From: Elusimicrobiota bacterium
GTDB lineage: Bacteria > CG03 > SLGR01 > JBDRKX01
Length of the DNA stretch: 64,000 nt
Assembly (NCBI GenBank): GCA_043813605.1
Contig: JBDRKX010000064.1
Coordinates: 129 to 64,128 of the forward strand
Direction: 5' to 3'
Below, piece by piece: positions 61,102 to 64,000 of the stretch. The notes below the pieces were generated by a model that was not told where the DNA came from, ran no database searches, and worked only from the letters and a program-made list of their open reading frames with translations. The translations under genes and the position numbers were made by a program. Every line of letters starts with the position of its first letter. The first letter of the stretch is position 1.

Positions 61102-64000
61102 CTAGTTTGCCGTATAATTATACACTTTGCCCATAAGGGATATGGAGTCAGCACCTATGGCGTTACCAAGTTCTTCGAGCATAGAATCGCTGATCCTTAC
61201 CCGTGTCCCTGTAGAAATTTTTATTATATCATATTTCTTGGTTTTTATCTCAAATGCGACTGCTATGTCACCCGGGTACTTCTCTATTATCTTTTTGATA
61301 TGCTCGACTTCGCCCGTATCAGTACCTACAGCGTTTATCCTGAGAACAACACTGCCTACAAGTTTTCCCCGTGCTTCTTCAAGAGGGATGATATTATTAA
61401 CGACACACTGCTTGCGGCCCCTGTTATCGTCTATCTTGCCGTTAATGACGAGAAGCGCGTCTTCTTTCACTATTTCACCCATTGCTTCTGAATAGACTGA
61501 CGGGAACACAACTGCTTCCATTGTGTCGGAAAGATCTTCGATCATAAAGACAAGCATCAGGTCACCCTGGCGTGTTTTGAGCATTTTCTTGTGTTTTACC
61601 ATACCGCCTATTATGACTTCACTGCCGTGAGGCACCATCTTTCTGAGCGCCTTTATCTCTCCGCTCGTAAGAGTGGATATCTCGTTCGAATATTTTGCGA
61701 GCGGATGTCCCGACAAATAGAAACCAAGCGCGTCTTTTTCATTGAGCAGGATCTCGTTCTCGTGCCATTCCCTCGTGTCAGCGATCTCTACTTCAGGAAC
61801 TTCATCTCCGTCAAATACTTTAAAGAACGATGTCTGGCCCATTTTAACGTCTTTCTGATATGATGCGGCCTGCGACATGGCTGATTCTATTGATTGGAAC
61901 AACGGTTTTCTGCCTTTACCGAGAAAATCAAAGGCGCCCGCCCTGACGAGGCTTTCCAATACCCTTTTGTTGACTTTCTGCAGATCGACTCTACTGCAGA
62001 AATCATAGAATGTCCTGAACTTCCCTGATTTTTCGCGTGTCTCGACTATTGATTCTATAGCTGCCGCACCCACATTCTTGATAGCAAGAAGCCCGTACCT
62101 TATAGCTCCTTCTTCTTCGATACTGAATTCTATTCCGGACCTGAGTGCACAGGGATTGAAGACTTTGATCCCCATCCTCTCGCATTCTGCAACATATTTG
62201 GCTATATTGTCGGTATCATGCATTTCGCAGGTCAGGAGCGCCGCCATGTATTCTGTAGGATAATTAGCTTTAAGGTATGCTGTCTGGTACGCAAGCGTGG
62301 CATAGGCGGCGGAATGACTCTTATTAAAACCGTATGCGCCGAACTTGCTTAACATATCGAATATGTTCTCGGCATTATTTTTCTTGAGCCCGTTCTGAAC
62401 GGCACCGGCCACAAAATCATCTTTCATGGCCTGCAGTTTCCCCCCGATCTTCTTTGACATGGCTTTACGCATATCGTCAGCCTGTGCCGGTGTAAAATTG
62501 CCCAGTTTTCTGGCCACCTGCATTACCTGTTCCTGGTAGAGCACTACGCCGTATGTCTCCCTGAGGATCTCCTCCAGCGACTTATGCGGATACCTTATCT
62601 TTGCAGCGTCTTTCTTCCGTTCTATGAACTCATCGGTCATACCGCTGGACATGGGCCCCGGCCTGAAAAGAGCCACAAGGGCTATTATCTCTTCAAAAAC
62701 CGATACGGAGAGTTTTCTTAAAAGATCCCTGAATCCCTCGCTTTCTATCTGAAACACCCCGATTGATTCAGCTTTCTGCAGAAGTTCATATGTCTTACTG
62801 TCATCAAGAACTATTGTCTCTATATCAAGATCTATACCTTTCCGTTGTTTGATGTTGTTGACCGCCTTGTGGATGATCGTGAGGGCGCGCAGTCCGAGGA
62901 AATCCATTTTAAGGAGACCCAGTTCCACCAGATCGTCACCTTCGTACTGCGTGACTTCCCTGTTATCGCTCGATACACCGCGCGGAACAAAATTCGAGAG
63001 ATCGTCTTTTGCTATCACCACACCGGCAGCATGCAGGCCGGGCTGTCTTTTGGAACCTTCAATCTTTCTCGCGATATCCAGCATCTGTTTTATCCTGTCA
63101 TCGGAATTGTATGTCTTTTTCAGTTCAGGCACATCTTCAATAGCCCTGTATATAGTGGTATCAAACGGTATCATCTTGGATATCTTATCAACGACAGACA
63201 ACGGCACATCGAGTACCCTGCCCACATCCCTGACAGCTGCGCGCGCTTTCAGTGTAAGAAAAGTCGCGATCTGGCCCACCCTGTCTCTTCCGTAACGGTC
63301 TTTTACATAATTTATCACATGTTCCCTTCCGGTATCGCCAAAATCTATATCCAGGTCAGGCATGGTCTTGCGGTCCGGGTTAAGGAACCTTTCAAACAGA
63401 AGACCGTATTTGAGCGGATCCAGGTTCGTTATTCCCAGAAGATAAGAAACGATACTGCCCGCGCCGCTGCCTCTGCCCGGTCCGACCGGGATATCGTTTT
63501 CCCGCGCAAAGTTCACGAAATCCCAGCAGATTAGGAAATACCCGGCAAACCCGAGACTGTTTATGACTTCCAGTTCGGTATTGAGCCTTTCCTTGATCTC
63601 AGGCTTCATCTTGGAGTATCTCTTCTTGATGCCGTCCCTGCAGAGCCGTTCAAGGTATTTTTCTTTAGTAAAACCTGACGGCACCTCGTATTCAGGCAGG
63701 TAATTATTGCCGAAACTAATCTGCAAGTTACATAGTTTGGCGACTTCCAGCGTATTTTCAACAGCTTCAGGATAATCCCTGAACAGTTCTTTCATCTCTT
63801 CAGGTGATTTCAGGTAGTATTCTTCTGTAGAAAACTTGAGATGGCCGGGATCATCGATCTTTTTACCCGTACCTATGCACATAAGTATCTCCTGCGCATA
63901 GGCATCATCCTTGTTTATGTAATGGCAGTCGTTGGTAGCTACGTATTTTATACCGGTCTTATGAGAAAGCTCAAACAGTCCGCGATTGACTTTTTTCTGC
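61102..64000 (-). CDS. dnaE: DNA polymerase III alpha subunit, 5'-truncated at the window end (C-terminal about 965 aa present)
   Basis: The frame is open from 61102 to the window edge. The polymerase core has ...GVFQIESEGFRDLL..., FNKSHSAAYATLAYQTAYLKANYP, and an OB-fold/tau-binding tail. Upstream of the reported M at 63882 the frame continues (ILMCIGTGKK...), so the gene is 5'-partial. Confidence 0.9.
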   Translation of the reverse strand, partial: QKKVNRGLFELSHKTGIKYVATNDCHYINKDDAYAQEILMCIGTGKKIDDPGHLKFSTEEYYLKSPEEMKELFRDYPEAVENTLEVAKLCNLQISFGNNYLPEYEVPSGFTKEKYLERLCRDGIKKRYSKMKPEIKERLNTELEVINSLGFAGYFLICWDFVNFARENDIPVGPGRGSGAGSIVSYLLGITNLDPLKYGLLFERFLNPDRKTMPDLDIDFGDTGREHVINYVKDRYGRDRVGQIATFLTLKARAAVRDVGRVLDVPLSVVDKISKMIPFDTTIYRAIEDVPELKKTYNSDDRIKQMLDIARKIEGSKRQPGLHAAGVVIAKDDLSNFVPRGVSSDNREVTQYEGDDLVELGLLKMDFLGLRALTIIHKAVNNIKQRKGIDLDIETIVLDDSKTYELLQKAESIGVFQIESEGFRDLLRKLSVSVFEEIIALVALFRPGPMSSGMTDEFIERKKDAAKIRYPHKSLEEILRETYGVVLYQEQVMQVARKLGNFTPAQADDMRKAMSKKIGGKLQAMKDDFVAGAVQNGLKKNNAENIFDMLSKFGAYGFNKSHSAAYATLAYQTAYLKANYPTEYMAALLTCEMHDTDNIAKYVAECERMGIKVFNPCALRSGIEFSIEEEGAIRYGLLAIKNVGAAAIESIVETREKSGKFRTFYDFCSRVDLQKVNKRVLESLVRAGAFDFLGKGRKPLFQSIESAMSQAASYQKDVKMGQTSFFKVFDGDEVPEVEIADTREWHENEILLNEKDALGFYLSGHPLAKYSNEISTLTSGEIKALRKMVPHGSEVIIGGMVKHKKMLKTRQGDLMLVFMIEDLSDTMEAVVFPSVYSEAMGEIVKEDALLVINGKIDDNRGRKQCVVNNIIPLEEARGKLVGSVVLRINAVGTDTGEVEHIKKIIEKYPGDIAVAFEIKTKKYDIIKISTGTRVRISDSMLEELGNAIGADSISLMGKVYNYTAN

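Noticed and set aside
11-63534. All plus-strand ORFs in the track (for example 11-256, 404-646, 1345-1671, 4037-4573, 5790-6371, 31032-31754, 33349-33891, 50403-50852, 51057-51785, 58162-58785, 62845-63534)
   Set aside because: Every one lies antisense inside a longer minus-strand ORF that carries clear family motifs. They have skewed composition (Ser/Leu/Arg-rich, typical of antisense frames) and no ribosome-binding sites or family resemblance. I treat them as frame artefacts.
1-64000. CRISPR arrays, tRNA/rRNA genes, IS elements, integrases, phage genes
   Set aside because: There is no run of regularly spaced 25-40 nt repeats. The only repeat array (42777-42888) has 14-nt units with 12-24 nt irregular spacing. 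I spotted no T-loop-like GGTTCGAAT or cloverleaf candidates in any intergenic gap longer than 100 nt. No ORF has transposase, recombinase or phage structural motifs.

Overview
This 64 kb window looks bacterial (about 40-45% GC), and every confidently called gene (about 60) is on the minus strand. Adjacent genes frequently overlap by 4-50 nt (ATGA-type junctions), so the window reads as a series of long operons. I found no rRNA, tRNA, CRISPR array, transposase or integrase.

The content in order along the window:
- 1-3030: two tandem paralogous membrane-anchored class III nucleotidyl-cyclase-like genes, then two tandem HAMP-type small membrane proteins.
- 3-9.3 kb: an envelope redox/secretion group. 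It has a DUF1573-thioredoxin-CcdA fusion, a TlpA-like thioredoxin fused to a degenerate 5'-nucleotidase-like phosphoesterase, a FadL/PorV-like outer-membrane barrel with a CsgG/LpoB-like tail, and a secreted repeat protein with a T9SS-type C-terminal sorting domain.
- 9.5-23 kb: a 10-gene operon from a near-consensus sigma70 promoter. Order: BI-1/YccA, unknown 231 aa, a 31 aa poly-basic peptide, MoxR ATPase, DUF58, BatA-like vWA, a GT-C/TMEM260-like protein with TPR repeats, DUF4159, a vWA plus GATase-like BatA_N protein, and a DUF4175-like giant protein.
- 23-30 kb: a RCK-type K+ channel with a non-canonical filter, an atypical protein-kinase-like gene with a Cys4 zinc ribbon, an ECF sigma/anti-sigma pair, a DEDD exonuclease, and a tandem-RRM protein.
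- 30-42 kb: U32 peptidase, a REC-GGDEF-like regulator, pfkA, eda, an HMGL-like aldolase, a coupled pair of radical-SAM enzymes, pcm, a SagB-like dehydrogenase and a GT2 glycosyltransferase.
- 43-46 kb: a second ECF sigma / ZAS anti-sigma / Spy-like trio, a LigD phosphoesterase domain and VanZ.
- 47-58 kb: a three-subunit xanthine-dehydrogenase-family enzyme, a large PreT/PreA-like Fe-S flavoprotein, an ABC transporter, an M23 peptidase, dihydropyrimidinase/hydantoinase and panD.
- 58-64 kb: accA, an OMP, a long-form PFK, and the 3' two-thirds of dnaE running off the window.

Three genes (a HAMP paralog, the GT2 and accA) each carry a 1-nt deficit in an A-run on the coding strand that splits an otherwise obvious ORF. 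This is the usual signature of homopolymer undercalling in an assembly.

The lineage is not determinable from sequence alone. T9SS-type sorting domains, Bat/MoxR cassettes, a long-form PFK and reductive purine/pyrimidine genes together suggest an anaerobic FCB-group-related or candidate-phylum fermenter, but that is a low-confidence inference.

No classical defence or mobile system is evident. The most interesting material is: the unusual domain fusions in the envelope redox group; the GAATGTTCC repeat array at 42.8 kb; the expanded MoxR/DUF58/DUF4159/DUF4175 cassette with an embedded GT-C/TPR gene; the atypical kinase and K+ channel pair; and the frameshift and non-canonical start-codon anomalies.
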